From Verrucomicrobiota bacterium (GTDB lineage Bacteria; Verrucomicrobiota; Verrucomicrobiia; CAIQCK01): a stretch of 64,000 nucleotides of DNA. The notes beneath the pieces were generated by a model that ran no database searches, was not told the origin of the DNA, and saw only the letters and a list, made by a program, of their open reading frames with translations. The position numbers were made by a program, and so were the translations under genes. The stretch lies in the NCBI GenBank assembly GCA_026397915.1, contig JAPLTX010000060.1, positions 110,210 to 174,209 of the forward strand. Reading direction: 5' to 3'. This document shows positions 46,269 through 55,235 of this stretch, one piece after another (the stretch's first letter is position 1; each line of letters begins with the position of its first letter).

Positions 46269-47702
46269 ATGCGAACCCAATACAGCTATCTTTCAGAGTC
46301 GGAGAAGGAACGAATCCACCGCGACAGTCTGCGGATTCTCGCGGAGGTCGGCGTCAAGTTCCACAGCGCCAAGGCCCGAGGGATACTGAAGCGAGCCGGC
46401 GCGAAGGTGGACGAGGAGAGCCAGATCGTCCGCATCCCGGCCGAGTTGGTCGAGCAGGCACTGAAGGCCGCGCCGAAATCGTTCACGCTCGGCGCGCGCA
46501 ACTCGGCGTTTGATTTCGCCATGCCTTCCACTTTCACCGGCTACACGCTCGACGGCGCGGGAACATTTGCGATTGATTTCGAAACCGGCCAGCGGCGATA
46601 CGCCATCACCAAGGACCTGGTGGCCAGCCTGCGAATCTTCGAGGAGTTGCCGCTGGGAACCGTGGTGTGGCCGAACGTGGTGCTCAGCGACATTCCGGAG
46701 CATTCCAGCGACGTCCGCACAGCGCTGCTGTCGTTCATCCACTCGTCCAAGCACATCCAGCACGAGATGCACCATCCCTCTCATGTGCCTTACCTGATCG
46801 AAGGGTTGGCGGCGATTCTCGGCAGCGAGGAGGCGGTCCGGCAGCGGAAAATATTTTCGGTGTGCTACTGCACTATCCCGCCGCTGACGCACGACGACGA
46901 GATGTGCGACGCGTGTCTGGAATTGGCGAAGTTTCACGTGCCGATTCTGCCTTACCCGATGCCGGCGACGGGTTCGACCGGTCCGGCCAGCCTCTACTCG
47001 GACATCGCGGTCGCCAACGCCGAGAGCTTGTCTGCGCTGGTGCTCTTCCAGATGGCCAGCCCCGGCACGCCGATCATCTATGGCAGCGCGGCCGGCGTCA
47101 CCAACTTCAGCAGCGGCGGATTCGTCGAAGGCGCGCCGGAGTCAAACCTGATCAACGGCGCGCTGGGCGAGATGGCGCGGTTCTACAAGCTGCCGAACAC
47201 ACAGGCCGGATGCCTCACCGACGCGAAAGCTCCAGGCGCGCAAGCGATGCTGGAGAAGATGTTCACGACGCTGCCGCTGGTGCTCTCCGGCGTGGACGTG
47301 ATCAACGGCATCGGCGAGATCGCCACCAGCCAGCTTTTGGTCCAGGAGCAAATCGTGGTGGACCACGAGTTGGCCGTGCTCTGCAAGCGGATGAAGGACG
47401 GCATCGAGGTCAGCGACGCGAAGGATTACTTTGACGACGTCGCGCGCGTCGGCCCTGGCGGAAACTTCCTGATGGAAGACAGCACCGTCATGGCCTGCCG
47501 CAGCGAGGAGTTCTGCCAGCCGCAGTTGGCCGACCGCAACACCCACGAGCGATGGCTCGAACTCGGTCGGCCGGACCTCTACACCAAGGCACGGAAGCAA
47601 GTCGAAGCCATCCTCGCGTCGCCCGTGAAGAATCCGTTGCCGTCCAACGTTATCGGCAAACTCGAAGACATCATGAGACGAGCTGACGACGAACTGGACT
47701 AG
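46269..47702 (+). CDS. mttB: Trimethylamine methyltransferase (MttB) family protein, non-pyrrolysine
   Basis: IH..SLRIL.EVGV.F, ALKAAPKSFTLGARN, MPATGSTGPASL, QMASPG.P, AGCLTDAKAPGAQAMLEK, EQIVVDHE, VGPGGNFL. No in-frame TAG. Symbol is family-level only. Confidence 0.92.
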   Translation: MRTQYSYLSESEKERIHRDSLRILAEVGVKFHSAKARGILKRAGAKVDEESQIVRIPAELVEQALKAAPKSFTLGARNSAFDFAMPSTFTGYTLDGAGTFAIDFETGQRRYAITKDLVASLRIFEELPLGTVVWPNVVLSDIPEHSSDVRTALLSFIHSSKHIQHEMHHPSHVPYLIEGLAAILGSEEAVRQRKIFSVCYCTIPPLTHDDEMCDACLELAKFHVPILPYPMPATGSTGPASLYSDIAVANAESLSALVLFQMASPGTPIIYGSAAGVTNFSSGGFVEGAPESNLINGALGEMARFYKLPNTQAGCLTDAKAPGAQAMLEKMFTTLPLVLSGVDVINGIGEIATSQLLVQEQIVVDHELAVLCKRMKDGIEVSDAKDYFDDVARVGPGGNFLMEDSTVMACRSEEFCQPQLADRNTHERWLELGRPDLYTKARKQVEAILASPVKNPLPSNVIGKLEDIMRRADDELD

Positions 47703-50419
47703 TCTTTTTTGATCCGCAGGTTATCGAGGTAGAACGTCGTATCGGCCGCGGCGGTGCTGCTGAAGCCGAGCCAGTGGACTTCGTGGAAGCTGCTGCCGGG
47801 AATCGGGAGGTCGCTGAAGACCTGTGGCGCGCCGCCGGAAAGCGTGAGCGTCAGCTTGAACGTCCGCGGTCCGTCCTTGCTGAGAGTCGCCTCAATCTCG
47901 ACGCGGAACCACGCGCTCGCAGGCATCCGTGCCAGCGATTTGCCGCCTGCGCTGACCCAACCATTCCCGTTGAAACAGATGCTTGGGCCGACATTCTGCG
48001 GATACGCGGCGCTGTCACGCCACTCGGTGAAGAACTGCGCTTCCGGCGCAAGCCATGCATCGAAGCTCGCGCGCACCGTGCCGCTTGTGAGATGCGGCGT
48101 GTAATAGAAGTGCGGCTGCCACGTCGGCTTGAGGGCTTTGGAGTCGGTAATCTTCAGGCTGCGTTTGCCGCCGGCGGCGCGTTCGTCGCTGACGCGAATG
48201 GATGCGCCGCTTTGTTCACCGTCCACGTGCGCGTTGTCCGGCGGCAGGCCCATGGCGGTTTTCTCGAAGTCGTCGTTCACCGTCAACGGCTTCGGCGCGG
48301 GCGGTGGCGGCGGCAGCGGACGCGCGCGGCACTTGGCGTGGCGCGCTTCGTTCACCCACGCAGCGTCGCCGTGGAGACCGACTCGGCTCGTGTCAATCGG
48401 CTGGAAGCCGAGCTTGAGCGCGGGCGAGGTGGGCTTGAGGTGAAAATCGTGGCGCACGGCGCTGGCGAATTGCGGATCGGCAACGAGTGAGTGGCAGTCA
48501 AGGCCCAGCGTCTGCCACTCGGCAAACGTGCGCCGGTAGAAGCGAAGCTGGTCGGCGCCGCCGGTGTGCCAGTAGAGATTCTGGTCCCAATCACCCGGCG
48601 GTTCTTTCGCGGCAAGCCGCTCGTTCAGCGAACGCTCGCCATGCGGGATGAGCAGCGTGCCTTGGGTCAGGAAGACGATGTTGCGACGCAGCGCGCTGGG
48701 CCGTTTTTCCGAGTAAGGCCAGAGCGCTTGGTTGGCGGAAAGTGCGAAGATGTTGTTGCGGATGACGTGGGCGTGACCGCCGTTGTTGAACATGAGACCG
48801 CCGCTGAGCGTGTTGAAGACGACGTTGCTCTCGACGAGATAGTTGCCGGTCTGGCCGTCGAGGTAGATGCCCCAGCCGAGCGCGGGCTGCTCGTAGGGCC
48901 AGATGTCGTGGAAGACGTTGTTGCGGATGACGCTGCCCGGCGAGACGCCGAGCGTGTAGATGAGGCCTGCATCGCTGAGCGTGCCGTGGACGCAATCGTG
49001 GACGTGGTTGAACTCGATGACGTTGTGGTGCGTGCGGTTGGTTTCGAGGCCCCAGTTCCAGCCGATGCTCATGCCGCTGTAGAGCATGTCGTGGATGTCG
49101 TTGTGCGAAATCCAGTTGTGGCTGCTCTGCGCGACCCAGATGCCGACGCCCGCCGCATAGACGCGCCCGCCGTTGAAGATGTGGTTGTTGTCAACGAGCG
49201 TGCGGCTCGACTCGGCTGCGTCGCTCTTCGCCATCTTGTCCTCGCCGACGCGAACGCCGCCCGCGCCGAGGTCGTGGAGGCGGTTCTGCTGGATGCGGCA
49301 GTCCTTGCAGCCGCGCCGGAACCAGACGCCGTAGGTGCCGACATGCGCCACCTCGCAACGCTCGAACGCGCAGTTGAGCGCGCCGTCGGCCATCACCGCA
49401 GCGGGCACCTCAACCGCCGCCTGCGTGCTGCTGTTGCCTTTCGGATCGAGCACCCAGTCGCTGTGATGGAACGCCAGCCCGCGCAGCGTGACGTTCTGCA
49501 CGAAGCGCCCTTCGTCGGCGTTTCCGGCGAGCCGAATCAGTTCGGTGAGCCGCGGCGCGACGACTTCGGTCTTGCCGAGCCGCTCGCCGGGCAACGGCCA
49601 GTAGCTCAGCACGCCGGTCTCGCGGTTCAGATACCACTCGCCGGGCTGGTCGAGGAGTTCGAGCGCGTTCTCGACGTAGTAACGCTGGTTCTTCTCCCAG
49701 TAGCCGATGCACCACCATTCCTTCAGTGGCGCGGCGAACGTGACGACGTTGGAGGTGGTGTCCACGGATTTCAGTGGATGGATTGAAGTCTCCCACGAGT
49801 GCATGAGAACGACGTTCACGTCGCCAAGCCGCGCCCACGGTTGGAGATCACCGGGCTTGAAGACGAACTTCTCGCGGGCGATTTCCTTGCCGTGAGCGTC
49901 GCGCGGCCCCGGCAACTGCGACGCGACGCGGTGGTAGCCGGTGTTCGGCGAGCGCGCTCGCTGACGTCGCTGGCCGTTGACGAACAGTTGCCGGAAATAC
50001 CACTGGCCGGCTTTCACTTCGGGAATCTCCGCCTCCCACAGCTTGCCGTTGCGCTGAAAGCCGGTGATGACGCGCCCGCCGCTGAAGACGGGCTTCTCTT
50101 TTCCATACGCCGCAAACGTGACGCCCGAATCCTGCGGCTCCAACACAAACGGCGCGTCGAGGCGGTAGGTGCCGCCGCGGACGAAAACGGTCGCGGGTTT
50201 CTGCTCCTTTCGAGCGGCGTCTCGCGCGCCGGCAAGCGTCGCCTTCGGCCCGTCGGTGCGGTCGGCGTTCGGCGCGGGTAGGCGGCCGGACCAAGTGTCG
50301 TTGCCGTTGGTGGCGACGTAGAGGGCGGGTGGGAGGGCGGATTCGGAGGCTGAGGTTGCCGTCGTGAGGAGTGTCAGCCACCCCACGATGCCGAGGAGTC
50401 TGGCGCAGTTGGTTTGCAT
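47699..50419 (-). CDS. Secreted right-handed beta-helix protein (GH141-like architecture) with C-terminal CBM-like domain
   Basis: LYVATNGNDTWSG..DGPKATL..RGGTY..DSG; RQLFVNG.R..RAR.PN; NxI repeats; DAGLIYTLG, GIYLD. Confidence 0.85.
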   Translation of the reverse strand: MQTNCARLLGIVGWLTLLTTATSASESALPPALYVATNGNDTWSGRLPAPNADRTDGPKATLAGARDAARKEQKPATVFVRGGTYRLDAPFVLEPQDSGVTFAAYGKEKPVFSGGRVITGFQRNGKLWEAEIPEVKAGQWYFRQLFVNGQRRQRARSPNTGYHRVASQLPGPRDAHGKEIAREKFVFKPGDLQPWARLGDVNVVLMHSWETSIHPLKSVDTTSNVVTFAAPLKEWWCIGYWEKNQRYYVENALELLDQPGEWYLNRETGVLSYWPLPGERLGKTEVVAPRLTELIRLAGNADEGRFVQNVTLRGLAFHHSDWVLDPKGNSSTQAAVEVPAAVMADGALNCAFERCEVAHVGTYGVWFRRGCKDCRIQQNRLHDLGAGGVRVGEDKMAKSDAAESSRTLVDNNHIFNGGRVYAAGVGIWVAQSSHNWISHNDIHDMLYSGMSIGWNWGLETNRTHHNVIEFNHVHDCVHGTLSDAGLIYTLGVSPGSVIRNNVFHDIWPYEQPALGWGIYLDGQTGNYLVESNVVFNTLSGGLMFNNGGHAHVIRNNIFALSANQALWPYSEKRPSALRRNIVFLTQGTLLIPHGERSLNERLAAKEPPGDWDQNLYWHTGGADQLRFYRRTFAEWQTLGLDCHSLVADPQFASAVRHDFHLKPTSPALKLGFQPIDTSRVGLHGDAAWVNEARHAKCRARPLPPPPPAPKPLTVNDDFEKTAMGLPPDNAHVDGEQSGASIRVSDERAAGGKRSLKITDSKALKPTWQPHFYYTPHLTSGTVRASFDAWLAPEAQFFTEWRDSAAYPQNVGPSICFNGNGWVSAGGKSLARMPASAWFRVEIEATLSKDGPRTFKLTLTLSGGAPQVFSDLPIPGSSFHEVHWLGFSSTAAADTTFYLDNLRIKKD

Positions 50420-50459
50420 GTTCGGTTTAGCCGGCCAGCCGGCGTTCCGCGCGGAGCCG

Positions 50460-51767
50460 TCACTCTTCCACGCGCAACACGAACGCCTTCGCGGCGCTCA
50501 TCTCGTGGCTCTCGATGCTCGCGATGGCGGCTTGGATGCCCTTTTCCTTCGCAAGGTGCGTCACGATGGAGATCGTCGCCGGCCGGTTGCCGGAATCGTC
50601 GCTCTGGTGTTGGATCATCGAGCGGATCGAGACGCCTTGGTCGGCGAGCGCGCGGCCGATGGTGGCCATCGCGCCGGGCCGGTCGGCCATCGTGAAGCGG
50701 ATATAATAATGGGTCTCCAGCGCGTCCATCGGCTTGATCGTCTTCACACCAGGGCGGACGCGGAGGCGGCTGTCGCGCCAGCGGCTGAAACCGCGTTCGT
50801 CCGCCGCGAGCGCCATCAGGTCGCTGATGACGGCGGAACTGGTAACGTCCGCGCCAGCGCCGCGGCCGTAATACATCGTCGTGCCGATGGGCCGGCCATC
50901 CACGAGGATGCCGTTGAAGACGCCGTTAACCTTGCCGAGCGGTGAGTCGAGCGGGATCAGCGTCGGATGCACGCGCACCTCGGCTGGCGCGCCAGCGGCT
51001 TCGCGTTTGGCGATGCCAAGCAGTTTGATCGTGTAGCCCATCTCGTGAGCGGCACGGATGTCAGCCGGCTCGAGTTGCGTGATGCCCTGCGTGAAAACGT
51101 CCTTGAACCGGATGTCCATCCCGAAGGCCAGCGAGGCGAGGATGGCGATCTTGTGCGCGGTGTCGTAGCCCTCGATATCGTAGGTCGGGTCGGGTTCGGC
51201 GTAGCCTTGGGCCTTCGCCTCGTCGAGCGCTTGCGCGAATGGCAGTTCACGCTCGCCCATGCGGGTGAGGATGTAATTGCAGGTGCCGTTGAGGATGCCC
51301 TGCACGCTAGTCAGTTCGTTGGCGCAGAGGCCTTGCTGGAGCGCGCGGATGATCGGGATGCCGCCGCCGACGCTCGCCTCGAAGAGCAGGCCGACGTTCT
51401 TCTCCTCCGCGAGTGCCATCAGTTCCGGGCCGTGGACGGCCAGCAACGCCTTGTTGGCGGTGACGACGTGTTTGCCGGCGCGCAGGGCGCGTTCGACAAA
51501 CGTGCGGGCCGGCTCCAGACCGCCGACGAGTTCGATCACCGCCTCGATTTCAGGATCGTTGATGAGGGTCATGGCGTCGCCGACGAGCTGCTCCGGCCGG
51601 TAGGGGGCGTTGCGTTTCGTAGCGGTGTCCTTGTCGGCGATCGTCTTGAGAACGATCGGGCGCGGCAGGCGCGCGCGAATGAGATCAGCGCGCGCGGCCA
51701 GCGTGCGCATGACACCGCTGCCGATGTTGCCAAAACCGATGAGACCGATGACCAATGGTTTGCTCAT
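50460..51767 (-). CDS. hom: Homoserine dehydrogenase with ACT domain
   Basis: GLIGFGNIG, HVVTANKALLA, FEASVGGGIP, GILNGTCNYIL, GYAEPDP..DIEG.DTAHK, YGRGAG, C-terminal DRPG ACT. Confidence 0.97.
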   Translation of the reverse strand: MSKPLVIGLIGFGNIGSGVMRTLAARADLIRARLPRPIVLKTIADKDTATKRNAPYRPEQLVGDAMTLINDPEIEAVIELVGGLEPARTFVERALRAGKHVVTANKALLAVHGPELMALAEEKNVGLLFEASVGGGIPIIRALQQGLCANELTSVQGILNGTCNYILTRMGERELPFAQALDEAKAQGYAEPDPTYDIEGYDTAHKIAILASLAFGMDIRFKDVFTQGITQLEPADIRAAHEMGYTIKLLGIAKREAAGAPAEVRVHPTLIPLDSPLGKVNGVFNGILVDGRPIGTTMYYGRGAGADVTSSAVISDLMALAADERGFSRWRDSRLRVRPGVKTIKPMDALETHYYIRFTMADRPGAMATIGRALADQGVSIRSMIQHQSDDSGNRPATISIVTHLAKEKGIQAAIASIESHEMSAAKAFVLRVEE

Positions 51768-51895
51768 GACGCCATCCTTTCTACCCTCCGTGCGGCCGTT
51801 GTCCATCAAATCTTCGCGTCTTTTGCGACTGACGGATCACGCGAAACATTTCCGATGTTGACTTGCCCGGCTATCAGCGTAAAACAATCCGCCCC

Positions 51896-53305
51896 ATGAA
51901 CCAACTTACGCCCAGTTCCACCACCCGTCGTGAATTCCTCAAAACCTCCGGCCGCATTGCAGCGGTGTCGGCGCTCGCGGGCGCCGTCATCCCGCGCGTC
52001 CATGCGGCCAGCGGCGACACCGTCCAGCTCGCCATTGTGGGCTGCGGCGGACGCGGCACGGGCGCGGTCATGAACGCGCTGAACACCGCCACGCTCGGCC
52101 CGATCAAGCTGGTGGCGATGGCGGACGCGTTTGAGGACAGGCTCAAGAAGAGCCACGAGAGTCTGAGCAAGAACAAGAAGGTGAACACGATGGTGGAGGT
52201 GCCGGAGGAGAAGAAGTTCCTCGGCTTCGACGCCTACAAGAAGGCGATGGATTGCCTGAAGCCGGGCGACGTGGTGATCCTGACGACGCCGCCGGCGTTC
52301 CGCTGGGTGCATTTCACCTACGCCATCCAGAAGGGCCTGAACGTCTTCATGGAGAAGCCGGTGACGGTGGACGGCCCGACGACCAAGCGCATGATCGCGC
52401 TCGGCGAAGAAGCGGCGAAGAAAAACCTCAAGGTCGGTGTGGGTCTCATGTCCCGCCACAACAAGGCGCTGCAAGAGCTGGCCAACCGCATCCACGGCGG
52501 CGAGCTGGGCGAGATCATCCTCATGCGCGGCTACCGCATGCACGGGCCGGTCGGCTATTTCTCATCGCTGCCGAAGCCGGAGGGCATCAGCGAGCTGCGC
52601 TACCAGGTGCAGCGGTTCCACAGCTTCCTCTGGGCCAGCGGCGGTAACTACAGCGATTTCTACATCCATGTCATTGATCATCTCTGTTGGATGAAGAACG
52701 CGTGGCCCGTGTCGGCTCAGGCGCTGGGTGGGCGGCATTACAAGAAGAGCCCCGAGGGCATCGAATACATTGACCAGAACCTCGACACGTATTCGGTGGA
52801 ATACACGTTCGCCGACGGGACGAAGTTCTTCTACGACGGCCGCTGCATGAACGGCTGCGAGAACATTTACAACAGCTACATCCACGGCTCGAAGGGTTCG
52901 GCCATCGGCTCCAAGCACGGCGACCAAGGCTTGCCATCCGCCATCTACAAGGGCCAGCAGCCGAAGCCTGAAGACTTGGTGTGGGAATCGAAGGTCGCGC
53001 CGGCGGAACAGAATGCTTACGACAACGAGTGGATGGATCTCATTGCGGCGATCCGCGAGAACAAGCCTTACAATGAGGTCAAGCGCGGCGCCGAGGCGAG
53101 CCTCGTCACCTCGATGGGCCGCATGGCGGCGCACACGGGTCAGATCATCACGTTCGACCAGATCCTCAACGGCGACCATGAGTTCGCTCCGGGCCTTGAC
53201 AAGCTCACGGAGGACTCGCCCGCTCCGTTGCAGGCCGGTCCCGACGGCAAGTATCCCGTCCCGATGCCGGGCATCACGCGCAAGCGCGAATACGGCACCG
53301 CCTAA
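51896..53305 (+). CDS. Tat-exported Gfo/Idh/MocA family oxidoreductase
   Basis: TRREFL, VGCGGRGTGA, VILTTPPAFR, VFMEKP. Confidence 0.92.
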   Translation: MNQLTPSSTTRREFLKTSGRIAAVSALAGAVIPRVHAASGDTVQLAIVGCGGRGTGAVMNALNTATLGPIKLVAMADAFEDRLKKSHESLSKNKKVNTMVEVPEEKKFLGFDAYKKAMDCLKPGDVVILTTPPAFRWVHFTYAIQKGLNVFMEKPVTVDGPTTKRMIALGEEAAKKNLKVGVGLMSRHNKALQELANRIHGGELGEIILMRGYRMHGPVGYFSSLPKPEGISELRYQVQRFHSFLWASGGNYSDFYIHVIDHLCWMKNAWPVSAQALGGRHYKKSPEGIEYIDQNLDTYSVEYTFADGTKFFYDGRCMNGCENIYNSYIHGSKGSAIGSKHGDQGLPSAIYKGQQPKPEDLVWESKVAPAEQNAYDNEWMDLIAAIRENKPYNEVKRGAEASLVTSMGRMAAHTGQIITFDQILNGDHEFAPGLDKLTEDSPAPLQAGPDGKYPVPMPGITRKREYGTA

Positions 53306-55182
53306 CGCTTGGCCATCGCCACAATCTCTTCGGAGGCAACAACGCGCAGGTTGGCGGCGGCGTAGGCAACCAACGCTTCGTAGGCATTCCAGATTTTCTC
53401 GCGCGCCTCCGCTGTCCGCGGGTGCGACGGGTCGGGGGCGTTGAGGTCGTAGGGCGGCTGCTTTGGCCGACTGTTGCGGCCTTCGCCGTCGAGATAGATG
53501 CCGCTCCAACCCGTGCCGGATCGTGAGAAGTCATTCTCGTGGATGAGCGCGGTGACGAACGGCGCGCGCGAACCTTTCCACGCGCCGAGTTGGTTCTTGA
53601 GGCGCGCGGTTGGATCGAAGTCAGCGGCGCGCGGCGTGTCGAGCATGTTCCACCAAAACATCTCTTGTCGGTCGCCCACCCCCCAACGCGTAATGCTGAA
53701 GTCGCTCGGTCGCGCCAGCAGGCCCTGAATCCACTCGAACGGTTGCTCCAGCTTCGTGCCGCTCTCGTGGTAGGCAACGACCATCTTCGCGCCCAGCTCG
53801 GCATAGACTTTCAATGCGGCGGCGCGGATGCGCATGTCGCGGCATTGCGGTGAGACAACGACCGGCGCGCGGCCGAAGACTTTGGCGACGTAGGAGTAAC
53901 CGCCGGGCTTGTCGCACTGGAGGTCGCCAGTGGCGGGATCGAGCCGGTAGGTTTCGTAGTCGCGCAGCGTCTTCGCAAGCGTTGCGTCGTCGAGGTCGCG
54001 CAGTCGCCCGTCAAAGCCGGCGTAAGTCGGATGTGGCGGACGGACGTGGTAACTGATGCACATGCCGCTCTGCTTGAGTCGCCGGATCACATCAGGTCGC
54101 TTCTGCTCGTAATGTTCGACCATCTGCGGCGTGAAGTAGAAATCGCCGCGCACATTGTTCTTCTCAAAGATGCCGATGAGCCGCAGCACGGTTGCAGCGC
54201 TCTCGTCAAGGTGCGGCCAGTCGTGGACGTTCACAGCGAAGGTAATGCAGGCGCGCTCATCAGAGCGCGACGATTGAGGTGGTGTCTGCGTTCCTGCCAT
54301 CTCACGAATCCAACGAAGTGTGTCGTCAGTCCGCCCCCGTCCCTGTCGCCCCGCAAACCACTTTGGCGGGTTGTCCTTCGTATAGACTCGGTTCGGCTCG
54401 TTCTCCGAGCCGTTGACGCGTGTCCATCGGGATTTGCCTTTGCCGCCATGCTTCGTGTTGGTGGCAGCGTTGATGATGTCAATGGCGTGGCCTTTGTTAG
54501 GCCCGTGGACGTGGTCCAGTTCATACTGAATCCGCAGGTAGGGACAGACGATGTTTTGGATCGTGCGCACCACCTCGCGTTCGGCCCACCAGTCGGCGTC
54601 CTCGGTGGTGTGGCCACCGAAGATGCGGCCGAAACCCGGATCATCGTTTTTGGTGATGTAGAACCGATCCGTCGGGCCTTCGATGTCTATGAAGTATTTT
54701 ACCGGCGGGTCGTTCGGGTAGCGTCCCAGCGTGCCCGCCGCCATTGCCAAGCCCAACGAGCTGGAGACAACGCCGATGTTGCTCGCGTCCACGAACGGCA
54801 GGCTGGCGATGTGCTTCAGGAACGCGTGCAACCCGTCCTGATGCACCTTGCCGTTCCAGTTTTCCCAACCGCGGCTCCGTCCGCGTCCATCCGGGTCGAA
54901 CAACCCAAAAACAAACCCGGCCTGGACGTATTCGCCAGCGGCGGGCGTGCGCGCCATTTGCGAGCCGAAGCCCAAGCCGCCCGGCACGAACACGACGGCG
55001 GGGTATTTCTTCCGCTCGCTGGCGTCGCTGGGATGAAAGACTGTCGCCCAAAGTTCCGCACCGCTGTTTGGGTTGATGAGCGTGAATTCCTGCTGGGCGG
55101 CTTCCGCCGCGAGACCCGGTTGAATCGGGCCGATCGGTGCGCTCAGCAAGGCCAGGACAAGTGCCGCGTGTTTCGGAGTCAT
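53302..55182 (-). CDS. Exported fusion: alpha/beta hydrolase + polysaccharide-deacetylase-like barrel
   Basis: N-half: VVFVPGG, FDPDGRGRS, nucleophile elbow VVSSSLG, YELDHVH. C-half: ITFAVNVHD..GDFYFT..ISYHVRPPHP. Confidence 0.72.
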   Translation of the reverse strand: MTPKHAALVLALLSAPIGPIQPGLAAEAAQQEFTLINPNSGAELWATVFHPSDASERKKYPAVVFVPGGLGFGSQMARTPAAGEYVQAGFVFGLFDPDGRGRSRGWENWNGKVHQDGLHAFLKHIASLPFVDASNIGVVSSSLGLAMAAGTLGRYPNDPPVKYFIDIEGPTDRFYITKNDDPGFGRIFGGHTTEDADWWAEREVVRTIQNIVCPYLRIQYELDHVHGPNKGHAIDIINAATNTKHGGKGKSRWTRVNGSENEPNRVYTKDNPPKWFAGRQGRGRTDDTLRWIREMAGTQTPPQSSRSDERACITFAVNVHDWPHLDESAATVLRLIGIFEKNNVRGDFYFTPQMVEHYEQKRPDVIRRLKQSGMCISYHVRPPHPTYAGFDGRLRDLDDATLAKTLRDYETYRLDPATGDLQCDKPGGYSYVAKVFGRAPVVVSPQCRDMRIRAAALKVYAELGAKMVVAYHESGTKLEQPFEWIQGLLARPSDFSITRWGVGDRQEMFWWNMLDTPRAADFDPTARLKNQLGAWKGSRAPFVTALIHENDFSRSGTGWSGIYLDGEGRNSRPKQPPYDLNAPDPSHPRTAEAREKIWNAYEALVAYAAANLRVVASEEIVAMAKR

Positions 55183-55235
55183 TCACTCTACTAACGTCTG
55201 GCGCGGCGTTTTAATTGCGTCGCAGCGACTCGAAC

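Noticed and set aside
46269-47702. Pyrrolysine read-through in the MttB-family gene
   Set aside because: No in-frame TAG; the only TAG is terminal and follows a complete protein. No pyl genes are seen.
47699-53305. 4-bp tail-to-tail stop-codon overlaps at 47699-47702 and 53302-53305
   Set aside because: Common in compact genomes; no further evidence of antisense regulation.
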